Shown: positions 28,501 to 36,203 of the stretch, in pieces | Position numbering within the stretch: the stretch's first letter is position 1 | Layout of the letters: each line of letters begins with the position of its first letter | Source: Wohlfahrtiimonas populi | GTDB lineage: Bacteria > Pseudomonadota > Gammaproteobacteria > Cardiobacteriales > Wohlfahrtiimonadaceae | DNA length: 64,000 bases | Assembly (NCBI RefSeq): GCF_002006795.1 | Contig: NZ_MVDN01000003.1 | Coordinates: 113,957 to 177,956 of the forward strand | Direction: 5' to 3' | Translations under genes and position numbers: made by a program | Notes under the pieces: generated by a model | What the model saw: only the letters and a program-made list of their open reading frames with translations | What the model was told of the DNA's origin: nothing | Databases searched by the model: none

Positions 28501-30879
28501 TGGAATGCTTTCTAAAATGCGATCTGCTGCAGTTTGTAAAGATTGTGCCCTACGCTGGCGTTCTTCTAATAGTTGTTGCTTATGTCCTTCGAAACTCTCT
28601 AAAACTTCATCACGCTTTGCAATAATGTCAGCTAAAAACTCATCACTTTCGCTGAATTGATTTTCAAGCTCTTCCAATTGCACCAATAAACGTGATAATT
28701 CATCATCGCAACGCTCTGGTGCCACTGCTAAATTTAAAGCATTGGCAACACTTTGGCTAAAAAGCTTAAATTGTGCACCAAATTGCGCCACCATTTCTGT
28801 GGAAGATAAAGACTTACGCTTTTGAATGATGCGCGCCTTCATCTGGTTTAATTTAGCATAAACCTCAGCAATGGATTCAACGATCTTAGTTTGCAATGTC
28901 ACATCATCAAACTTCAATGTCGCCATCAAATTGGACAACATATCTAAATCACCCGACATATCATCAGATTCTGTCAGTAATGTTTGTAATTGTGCTGTGT
29001 TGATTGCTTGTTGCGTTGCAGTTTCTGTCGTTTGAATTTTGTCTAAAAATGGTTGCAATGAGCGATCATCTGCCAAAAATTCCGCAGTTGCGCGAGAAAT
29101 TTGTGCTTGGCGCTCTTTCATTTGTGTTTCCATTGCATCAATCTCTTTCAGATCAATGTAACGATAACCACGCAATGTGACTAAGCGGCCAATTTGCATA
29201 TTGATGGAATGTAGCGCTTCTACAAATTCATCAGTTTCCTGCCAGCTATCTGCATACAATTGCGATAACAATGTTTTTTGCATTGTCATCGCCTCACGCA
29301 TTGCAGCATCAGATTGACGACGAATGGCTTCTACTTTCTCATATTCATCTAAAACCAATTCGCTGGTTTGAGAAATCGAACGCAAAATACCTGCAAATGG
29401 GAAATTCTTTTCATCATTGAGCCAGAAATAGCGATCAAATAACTGTTTCGTTGTTTCACTCAATAAGCTATAACGATCTGATGAAACACTCTGATCACCA
29501 ATTTCACGCACAACATGATATAAATCGGAAATTCCGCGCACTAAATCAGGATTACCAATTCGACCTAATAAACTATTATTATTGGGTTGTTTTGCTGAAT
29601 ATTCATCACTGAAAAATGGTGTTTGCCAAATCTGCATAGGATGAACGCGTGTTGCTTCATGATCTGCGGTTTCAAAAACAACCATTCTGCCATCTTCAAA
29701 CACAGCATAACCGAGCGCTAAAATAGGATTCCCTAGCGTTCGTTCAATCATATTATAGTTGAATAATGCTAAACGCCCTTCTGCACCATCATAGAAAATG
29801 TATAAAACATCTTCACCATTCGGCGATCTACGAATACGGCGAAAACGCATGCCACTCATATTATGCTCATACGTTTTAAAATCGCCACTTTGAAGATAAT
29901 AACCACCAGGGAAAATAATCCCGTGATCTTCTGGCAATTGAATACATGCAAAGCCAATCGCATCAATGCGTTGAACTTTTTGCGTCATTGTATTGTAAAC
30001 GAGATAGCGCCAAGTATCTTCGCGATATGGCAATACTTTTAGTAAGATCAATGATCCGACTTTTGCATACTCTATTTTGGCATCATTGATGGATTGATTT
30101 TTATCTAGAACTTCTTCACGATAAATTCCTAAGCCATCATTCGTATTATTTTCACATTTAACCGTTAAATCCCCGCCAATTGTTTCCACAAAAACGGTAT
30201 CTAAAATATTAATGTGAGGAAAACGCCCATTGACGATATTTTCACGATCTGTCGTTATCCATTCAAAATCATAAGCTGGCGGCAATGAAATATCACGCTC
30301 ACCACGATTATCAATGTATTCGATTTTCTGTTTATCACTAGAAATTGACCAACGGAAAACACGAATATCGCTTAATCGCTCACCCATTTGGAAGCTTGCC
30401 AACAGCTTGCCATCACGCTCAACTAATTGTAATAGCTGTGCATTTTTATAATAAGTGTAAAGCTCATTAAAATCTTGAACGAAACGATCTATGTTTAAAA
30501 ATGTACCTTCTAACGGCACAGTTTCAACATCATAACTACCATCATGCTCAACTAAACGGTAGAGAGAGAAAACATCTTCAACGTGCGTTTCTTTCTTTAA
30601 ACCTAAGAAAACGTTATAACCAAACAGTAACCAATCACCAAAGCGCACAATATCGCGTGCAATACAGTTGTTTTCGGTACGAATACGGATTCGCCCAATC
30701 ACTTCCATATCACTTTTGCCAAACTCTTCTAAACGCTTGGAATTCAGCCCATCAATATTCTCTTGAAGTTCTGTTCCCAATGCATTTAGTCGACGGCTTA
30801 ATATTTCATAAGCGCCACCTTCTGCAACTGCGCTGTCTAACACTTCTTGGTTTTGATCTTTCTGTTCGATTTCTGACAT
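25525..30879 (-). CDS. giant (~1784-aa) coiled-coil protein with C-terminal MoxR/AAA_5-type AAA+ ATPase domain; flotillin-associated; function unknown
   Basis: Walker A LLLISPPGYGKTTL sits at ~aa 1300-1313 (nt ~26980). Walker B is VMLYIDDIQH, sensor-1 is VVMAGNPYTE (ATMNP-like) and an arginine finger lies in DMLANRADIY (LLDRF-like). Long predicted coiled coils flank the ATPase. There is no signal peptide or TM segment. I prefer the ATG start at 30879, since the ORF-track start at 30903 is TTG. Confidence 0.6.
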   Translation of the reverse strand: MSEIEQKDQNQEVLDSAVAEGGAYEILSRRLNALGTELQENIDGLNSKRLEEFGKSDMEVIGRIRIRTENNCIARDIVRFGDWLLFGYNVFLGLKKETHVEDVFSLYRLVEHDGSYDVETVPLEGTFLNIDRFVQDFNELYTYYKNAQLLQLVERDGKLLASFQMGERLSDIRVFRWSISSDKQKIEYIDNRGERDISLPPAYDFEWITTDRENIVNGRFPHINILDTVFVETIGGDLTVKCENNTNDGLGIYREEVLDKNQSINDAKIEYAKVGSLILLKVLPYREDTWRYLVYNTMTQKVQRIDAIGFACIQLPEDHGIIFPGGYYLQSGDFKTYEHNMSGMRFRRIRRSPNGEDVLYIFYDGAEGRLALFNYNMIERTLGNPILALGYAVFEDGRMVVFETADHEATRVHPMQIWQTPFFSDEYSAKQPNNNSLLGRIGNPDLVRGISDLYHVVREIGDQSVSSDRYSLLSETTKQLFDRYFWLNDEKNFPFAGILRSISQTSELVLDEYEKVEAIRRQSDAAMREAMTMQKTLLSQLYADSWQETDEFVEALHSINMQIGRLVTLRGYRYIDLKEIDAMETQMKERQAQISRATAEFLADDRSLQPFLDKIQTTETATQQAINTAQLQTLLTESDDMSGDLDMLSNLMATLKFDDVTLQTKIVESIAEVYAKLNQMKARIIQKRKSLSSTEMVAQFGAQFKLFSQSVANALNLAVAPERCDDELSRLLVQLEELENQFSESDEFLADIIAKRDEVLESFEGHKQQLLEERQRRAQSLQTAADRILESIPRRTARLNDATELNAFFVTDALAVKIRDITEKLRELHDNVKADDIESRFKSAKDQAVRSLRDKSEIFESGGNVIRLGKHRFSVNTQEPDLTILPKENYLYLQLTGTDYQERINNEILAQYQPFWNMTMESESSEVYRGEYLANSIIVAARNNQDGLTTGILHAAISIQENLDKLVRDFAASRYRDGYEKGIHDHDAVQILKQLVPLHESADLLRFSAMARSLAMLYWNFEQEDDVASSWIDRAKTSMDIYTLFGHKDGLDDLQEEIEVTLSMFYAEYPIKHEPLNIKHAAEYLIYVLARTPQEFFCSRYGRELASGLQKKLEDAHMWHNFNHSQLGMNGRFDARWQLIENWLKGLCSLPEFENKVRYIPEAIMLLMLGNEGKVVQRFSEVELDIEITDLLGEHSRVSQGKMMINLDEFFKRLRRHRLYVVPEFRKYLELRQGILAEQREKLRLDEFKAKPLSSFVRNKLINDVYFTIIGDNLAKQMGTVGENRRTDLMGLLLLISPPGYGKTTLMEYVANRLGLIFMKVNGPALGHDVLSLDPDQAPNATARQELEKANLAFEMGNNVMLYIDDIQHTNPEFLQKFISLCDGTRRIEGVWNGKTKTYDMRGKKFCVVMAGNPYTESGEVFKIPDMLANRADIYNLGEVLGGMQDAFISSYIENSLTSNAVLSPLALRDLKDLYQFMDHAEGKPINSSALSYDYSGAEIAEITTVLKHLMIIREIVFKVNQQYIVSAAQSDKYRTEPPFKLQGSYRNMNKMVEKISAVMNEAEINQVINDHYIGEAQLLTSGAEENLLKLNEIRGTLTDVEKERWAQIKRDFARNKSMGGDETDTGMKIVSQLAELAMSVKDLNFANHLVSLTESLRLMGDQQDATNASLKIADEVTKLSGVLVSSNNSKTNAQASLHIAAQIAKLSEKLDEFKESDDLQNVNRYVAKQMGELVKGVNSLKDTMQMNNPQYIVHRLDALVKGVEALGGRREIRLIKENRIVTE

Positions 30880-30967
30880 ATTCACAACTTTATTTAAAAT
30901 CAATCAACTAAACATAGCGAGCTAATCTCGCTATGTTCTGTTTATTTTCAAAGAAATGCATCAATGA

Positions 30968-33034
30968 TTATGGTTCAGCCTGATCATCATTGCGTTCTTT
31001 GTTGCCTTGATAACCTAAAAACTGCGTTGCCAATGCATTCAAATCAACATTGCTTAAAGGATTACTTTGCGTTGCATTAGTGCCACCATTTTGTGCTGGT
31101 GCTTGAATACGGCTCAATACAGTTTGCAGTGCTGTTTGTAAAATTGGGCTTTGGTTCACAGAGCCTTCAATTGCTTTACCTACGCTAATTGCTTTAGAGA
31201 AGCTTTCGAAGAACTTGTCATTGCCGCCCACAATTTCCATCTTCGCATTACTCAATGCAGCGCCTAACACATCTGCTTGTTCGCGAGCGATTTCTTGATT
31301 TGCACTGATAGAAGCCATTGCTTGTTCGAAGCCTTTTTCCAATGCTAAACGGAACTCTTCGTGCGCACGTGAATCTTCCGTCATTGTGCCCATAGCATGG
31401 AATTTCTCCACCAAACCTTCTGCTTCTGCACGAAGTTTCTCACGAATAATAGATGCTTCCACCAAGCCTTGTTTTTCAACGGCTGTTGCTTTAGCTTCTA
31501 CAACTTTAGCTTCTGCTAAACCTTTATCTTGAATCGCTTTAGCTTCTGCTGAGCCTTTCTCTTGAATACCTTTAGCTTCTGCAATGCGCATTTCACCTGC
31601 AACAAAGGCTTGAACCATACCTTCTTTCTCTTCAGCTTCTGCTTTCGCTAACATGACACGCGCTTCTGCTAAACCGATTGCAGCTTGCTCTGCTTCTGTA
31701 CCTTCCGCCATACGTTTTTGAGCTTCAGCATCTTTCGTTGCTGCTTCCAAGTTCGCTTGGGCAATCGTGCTGATTTCAACTGCACGATGTTTTGCAGCTG
31801 TTTCATCCGCTTCTGCTTGCTTCACTTGCTTCACTAACTCTTCTTCAGCTTTGGCTTGTGCTGCCAAGATTTTCGTTTGTTTCTCACGTTCCGCAGCAGA
31901 TATTTCACGAACTTCTTTAATGCGCTCTTCTTCAATCGCCACTGTTTTTTCAACAGAAATACGTTCACGAATCACATCAGCAATGATGCGTTTTTCTTCT
32001 TCAACTGCTTTATCTTTTTCAATCGTTTGCAATTCGATTTCGCGTTCACGTGCAACCACTTCCAATTCACGCGCACGAGTAACACGTTCTTCTTCGATTG
32101 CAACTGCACGCATACGATTTTGCTGTGCAACTTCAACTTCACGCTGGCGATTTTCTTCACGCACTTCAATTTCTTGCTGTGAAATGATGCGAGCTTGTTC
32201 TGCTTTTAAGCGCTCTTCTTCTTGAACTTTTAATGTTTCTGCTAATTCACGTGCACGAATCGTTTCAATTTCACGTTTTTGGCGTGCTTCAGCATCTGCT
32301 TGTTGGCGTTCTAATTCTAATTTAGCTTCAAATGTTTCAGTATCTTTCTTTTTCAAAGCCAATTCTAAATCACGTTCACGTTTGTTTGTTTCATCTTTAT
32401 GAACGGCTGTGATTGCTGTGATTTTATTGATACCTTCCGCATCGAAGATATTGTTTGGATCTAAGTGACCAATTGGCGTTTGCTCCAAATAGTCAATTGC
32501 AACGTCTTCCAATGCATAACCATTTAAGTCTTTACCGATTACATCCACAATGCGCTCACGGAAGTTTAGACGATCTTCAAACAGTTTTGCTAAATCAAAT
32601 TGCTTACCAACAGTTTTCAATGCTTCAGAGAATTTTGCACTGAATAATTCACTCACAGCATGGTGATCCGATGCACGATCTACACCAATAGATTTTGCAA
32701 CTTTCAATACATCTTCTGTGGTTTCATTCACACGAATATAGAATGCAACAGCAATATCAGCACGCAAGTTATCTTTACAGATCAAACCTTCTTTACCACG
32801 GCGATCCACCAATAATGTCAATAAAGAGATCTTCATGAACTCTTTCTTATGAATGACTGGTAATACCAATTTACCTGTAAAGAATACTTTTGGTTTGCTC
32901 GTCGTATCATTCAGAATCAAAGCTGTGCCTTGCGGAACTTTCACATAGAATGCTTTGATGATTGCAAATAGACCAAAGATAACAACCAGTGAAACACCGA
33001 TCACCGACAATACTAAAACAACAATTTCTGGCAT
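30968..33034 (-). CDS. flotillin-family SPFH/band-7 protein (YqiK-like) with extended E/A/R-rich coiled-coil region
   Basis: 688 aa with an N-terminal TM helix followed by an SPFH domain. A ~300-aa charged coiled coil (EEERLKAEQAR...) and a C-terminal flotillin tail follow. Confidence 0.8.
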   Translation of the reverse strand: MPEIVVLVLSVIGVSLVVIFGLFAIIKAFYVKVPQGTALILNDTTSKPKVFFTGKLVLPVIHKKEFMKISLLTLLVDRRGKEGLICKDNLRADIAVAFYIRVNETTEDVLKVAKSIGVDRASDHHAVSELFSAKFSEALKTVGKQFDLAKLFEDRLNFRERIVDVIGKDLNGYALEDVAIDYLEQTPIGHLDPNNIFDAEGINKITAITAVHKDETNKRERDLELALKKKDTETFEAKLELERQQADAEARQKREIETIRARELAETLKVQEEERLKAEQARIISQQEIEVREENRQREVEVAQQNRMRAVAIEEERVTRARELEVVAREREIELQTIEKDKAVEEEKRIIADVIRERISVEKTVAIEEERIKEVREISAAEREKQTKILAAQAKAEEELVKQVKQAEADETAAKHRAVEISTIAQANLEAATKDAEAQKRMAEGTEAEQAAIGLAEARVMLAKAEAEEKEGMVQAFVAGEMRIAEAKGIQEKGSAEAKAIQDKGLAEAKVVEAKATAVEKQGLVEASIIREKLRAEAEGLVEKFHAMGTMTEDSRAHEEFRLALEKGFEQAMASISANQEIAREQADVLGAALSNAKMEIVGGNDKFFESFSKAISVGKAIEGSVNQSPILQTALQTVLSRIQAPAQNGGTNATQSNPLSNVDLNALATQFLGYQGNKERNDDQAEP

Positions 33035-33119
33035 ACGACTTTCCTATCTTATAATTAATCTAAAAATAACTCTCGAACCTTATATTTCTTGTACTGCTAA
33101 TTTTGATGCTTAAATTTGC

Positions 33120-33755
33120 CTAAAAATATTTCTTTTTGGGAATCACTTCATAATGATGATTGGCAGAATGATATTTAATAATAATCGCTTCACTACCGCG
33201 CGTTAATTGATTATTTTCATTGAGACAACGCACTTGTAGAATCATACCTGCACCACCATCCTCATAAGTCGCTTCACCTTTTTCAGCATTCACAATGCTA
33301 CTGCGAACAATGACAACTTCGCCTAAGATATCTTTATGTGTCACTGCTTTATTTAATTTGGATAACCATTTGTTAAATGGTCGAAAAAATATGGATGTTG
33401 CAACTAAACCAACAACACCGCTCGCCAATACATTGGCTAAACCTACGCCATAATATAAAAGTGCAACATCTTTCATTGGCATCTGTAACATGCGGAAAAT
33501 GAGATAGCTTGCGAGCCATGCAAATAAAGCAACAAATGTGGCAACCACAGTGAAAGGAATTTCATGTAATTTAAATTTTAATAATATGCCACCCAAAGCA
33601 TTGAGCGAACCAACATCACCTTCTGGTGAAATATCTAAGCTATCCAATTGAAAAATATCAATGGCGCCAATCAGCCAGAAAATAATGCACAACAATAATA
33701 AAGTTGTATAGATCACAACTGGAAATGCAAAAATTGTCTCTAAAAATAGCATCAT
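33120..33755 (-). CDS. NfeD/YqiJ-like inner-membrane protein (partner of flotillin)
   Basis: 211 aa with 3-4 N-terminal TM helices and a C-terminal soluble beta-rich (OB-like) segment (GEVVIVRSSIVNAEKGEATYEDGGAGMILQVR). It lies directly upstream of the flotillin gene, as in E. coli yqiJ-yqiK. Confidence 0.5.
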   Translation of the reverse strand: MMLFLETIFAFPVVIYTTLLLLCIIFWLIGAIDIFQLDSLDISPEGDVGSLNALGGILLKFKLHEIPFTVVATFVALFAWLASYLIFRMLQMPMKDVALLYYGVGLANVLASGVVGLVATSIFFRPFNKWLSKLNKAVTHKDILGEVVIVRSSIVNAEKGEATYEDGGAGMILQVRCLNENNQLTRGSEAIIIKYHSANHHYEVIPKKKYF

Positions 33756-33969
33756 ATTGCCACTTTCCTTCTTTGGTTTTTAACTATTTATACTATTCAT
33801 AATTCTTTCGGCAACGAAATATAGCACATTATAAAAAATTTTAATTAAATGACCTATTTTATTTGCAATTACCTAATTATTATCAACATCACTACAATGA
33901 TTATCTCAATCAATCCTCTCTATTAAACAATGTATAAATTGTATAATAAACACTGTTCAAATATCAAAT

Positions 33970-33998
33970 AAAAAATAGCGCCCGAAAGCGCTATTTAG
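33970..33998. terminator. rho-independent terminator for the minus-strand RidA gene (ATAGCGC-ccgaaa-GCGCTAT flanked by A/T tracts)
   Basis: 7-bp GC-rich stem. A T-run follows on the minus strand (TTTTTATTTG). Confidence 0.5.
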
Positions 33999-34026
33999 AA
34001 TTCTGTATAATTAACCCTAAGGTAAA

Positions 34027-34488
34027 TTATTTAACTGCGATAACTTCGATTTCAACAAACCATTCTGGCAAGTACAATGCTTTGATTTCGAATGTTGAAC
34101 GAGCTGGTGTATTTGGCTGTGCTTCTGTACCAAAATATTGGTTGTAGCCTTTCATGAAACCATCAAAGTCCATTTTGCCAGTTTCTGGTGTTGCTACCAA
34201 GAAAGCTTGCATTTTAACAATGTCAGACATTTCCAAACCTTTTGCCTTCAATTGTGCTTCGATACCTTTAAGAACGCTAACAGTTTGTGCTTCTGTATTA
34301 CCAAAAGTACCATCTTCCTGTTTAGCAGGAACAACACCACTTAAGTAGTAAGTTTTAGCTGTGCTTGGTACTTCAACTACTGTTGAAATTGGAAAGTTAC
34401 CTGGAGCTGGTGTACGTACGATTTCATCTGCCATAGCGCCACCCATAAGAGTTGATGCACAAATTAATGCTGCTAATGTCTTTTTCAT
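34027..34488 (-). CDS. RidA/YjgF-family protein with N-terminal signal peptide
   Basis: 153 aa with the signal peptide MKKTLAALICASTLMGGAMA. The RidA-like core carries PARSTFEI and a C-terminal VEIEVIAV. Confidence 0.7.
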   Translation of the reverse strand: MKKTLAALICASTLMGGAMADEIVRTPAPGNFPISTVVEVPSTAKTYYLSGVVPAKQEDGTFGNTEAQTVSVLKGIEAQLKAKGLEMSDIVKMQAFLVATPETGKMDFDGFMKGYNQYFGTEAQPNTPARSTFEIKALYLPEWFVEIEVIAVK

Positions 34489-34704
34489 ATTAATCCTTAA
34501 CTAATTGCGTTCTCATGTAAATGATCAGTGATCATATAATTCACATAAATTGCGGTAAATATGATTCATATCAAATCATATTCCGAATGCTACTATACAG
34601 TGAATCAGGCATTACGTGTACTATTGATTCGATATTTCATCAAAATCTACAAATTAAATTCAAGCTATCCATTTGATAAAATTATCATTTTTAAAAGTTG
34701 TATA

Positions 34705-36189
34705 TTATTGTAAATCTTGTGATGAACCATCGTCACCTGAAGGGAAATCGAGAGATTTCAGTACTTCCAAGCGTTTAATCCCATCTACATTAATCACAAG
34801 TCGAACCAATTCCGTCGCAATGTTATGATTATTATTCAAACGAATGCGACGAATCATATAAACATGATAAATTTTCTCGCCCAATACTGGCGTTTCATCT
34901 TCTTCTAAAAATGGCAACTCTTCAAAGGCAATATCAATATAACGAAGATAATCAGAAATATTAAATCTCGTAATATCCGCAATTGGAAAGCGCGTTTTCT
35001 CAAATAAATTTGGCTGATTATTCAACTGAACTTCTTTCTTGTAAAAAAGAATATCTTCATCACGATCATTATTCGTGAAAAAATCCTCATTGGTTGTTTG
35101 ATGCACAGCTTTCACATCATCTGGCAATGCGCTGTGGGAAATGAATCGGAATGATTCTTTACAAATCCCGATAGGTTTTTTCACACCTTCTTTATAAATC
35201 AAAAGCTTTCGATCAGGCAACCAACGCTGAAACCATAGTTGCATCCTACGTTTACTGATATCTTTAAAGCGATCTCTAAAAATGTAAGCAAGCACCATTG
35301 CAATGAATACTTTGATACTGATGTCAGCATATTGCCCACCACGAATATTGAGCATCAAAAATAGCGTAATACTCATAGATATTGCTGCAATCGCAGCATA
35401 AATCGTGTGCAATAAAAGCGGTGCACCTTTACGATGATTGATATCTAAAAATAGATAACGATTAATGTATCTACGCAAAGAACTCCAGCGATGCAATACT
35501 TTTTCATTGCTCTCACCTGGTTTTGCAATACTTTCAGGATATTTTTCCTCACGATAATTAATCTCTTCTCGCCATGCATTGCTGATCCCTGCACGGCAAG
35601 GAATTGCACGCTCTGTGATTAATTTTCGTAAATAAAAAGTCGTCACCCAAGAGATATATTCATCACAATGCTCATAAGCCTTGGACACAATTTTGCCCTC
35701 GATTGCTCGGCAAACTGCTTCTAACTCACGATAAGCTTGGATCGTTTTTTCAATATCCACCAACAGCTGCTGAACATTCTCTTCTGTTTTTTGATTGGGT
35801 GCTTTTAATAGTGATTTAACAGCCAAACGAATGCTTCGTTTATAAGTTAACGCTGCACGCTTCAATGCGTTTTCATAGCTCTCAATTTCTGGTGTATTCA
35901 CCAACCAATCTTTTAATTCATTGGATAGTTTTTCCAGCAAACCTTTTTTCTTATAAAAATATTTGAGCTTATGGGTTGCTGGACTTAAACGAACATAATT
36001 TTTTAATGATTTTTGGAACTCTTTTGCTGAGTAGGATTGCGGGTTAATTTGCAATGCAACTGGCAAAAAGAAATAGGTTTCTACTTGATACTTAATGTTC
36101 TTTGCTTTGGCATGATCAAAAGAGACTCTTTGTTTGATCTCAAACTGACGGTGGCCATGGATTTTCAATGATTCTTTAATCATGTGCAC
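34705..36189 (-). CDS. hypothetical membrane protein, co-operonic with Na/Pi cotransporter
   Basis: 494 aa with two central TM helices (LLLHTIYAAIAAISMSITLFLML..., VFIAMVLAYIF). No family was recognised. It lies 14 bp downstream of 36204..38156. Confidence 0.3.
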   Translation of the reverse strand: MHMIKESLKIHGHRQFEIKQRVSFDHAKAKNIKYQVETYFFLPVALQINPQSYSAKEFQKSLKNYVRLSPATHKLKYFYKKKGLLEKLSNELKDWLVNTPEIESYENALKRAALTYKRSIRLAVKSLLKAPNQKTEENVQQLLVDIEKTIQAYRELEAVCRAIEGKIVSKAYEHCDEYISWVTTFYLRKLITERAIPCRAGISNAWREEINYREEKYPESIAKPGESNEKVLHRWSSLRRYINRYLFLDINHRKGAPLLLHTIYAAIAAISMSITLFLMLNIRGGQYADISIKVFIAMVLAYIFRDRFKDISKRRMQLWFQRWLPDRKLLIYKEGVKKPIGICKESFRFISHSALPDDVKAVHQTTNEDFFTNNDRDEDILFYKKEVQLNNQPNLFEKTRFPIADITRFNISDYLRYIDIAFEELPFLEEDETPVLGEKIYHVYMIRRIRLNNNHNIATELVRLVINVDGIKRLEVLKSLDFPSGDDGSSQDLQ

Positions 36190-36203
36190 CTCTTTTTACT
36201 ATT

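Noticed and set aside
25525-30903. Giant ORF considered as BREX BrxC/PglY-like ATPase, RTX adhesin or eukaryotic-like dynein/midasin fragment
   Set aside because: There are no accompanying BREX genes (no methyltransferase, BrxA/B or PglZ). There are no tandem Ig/RTX repeats, no signal peptide and only a single AAA module. The MoxR-like motif set is all that can be supported.
31767-32225. Several antisense ORFs (31767..32225, 31856..32182, 31972..32169) inside the flotillin gene
   Set aside because: They fall within the highly repetitive E/A/R/K-rich coiled-coil coding region. Their translated products are low-complexity (S/R/A/F/C-rich) and lack RBS context, so they are typical shadow ORFs.
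22030-33755. Searched flanks of the lipase/flotillin island for IS elements, integrase, tRNA or direct-repeat att sites
   Set aside because: No transposase- or integrase-like ORF and no tRNA-like sequence were recognisable by eye. A mobile origin therefore cannot be supported from this window alone.
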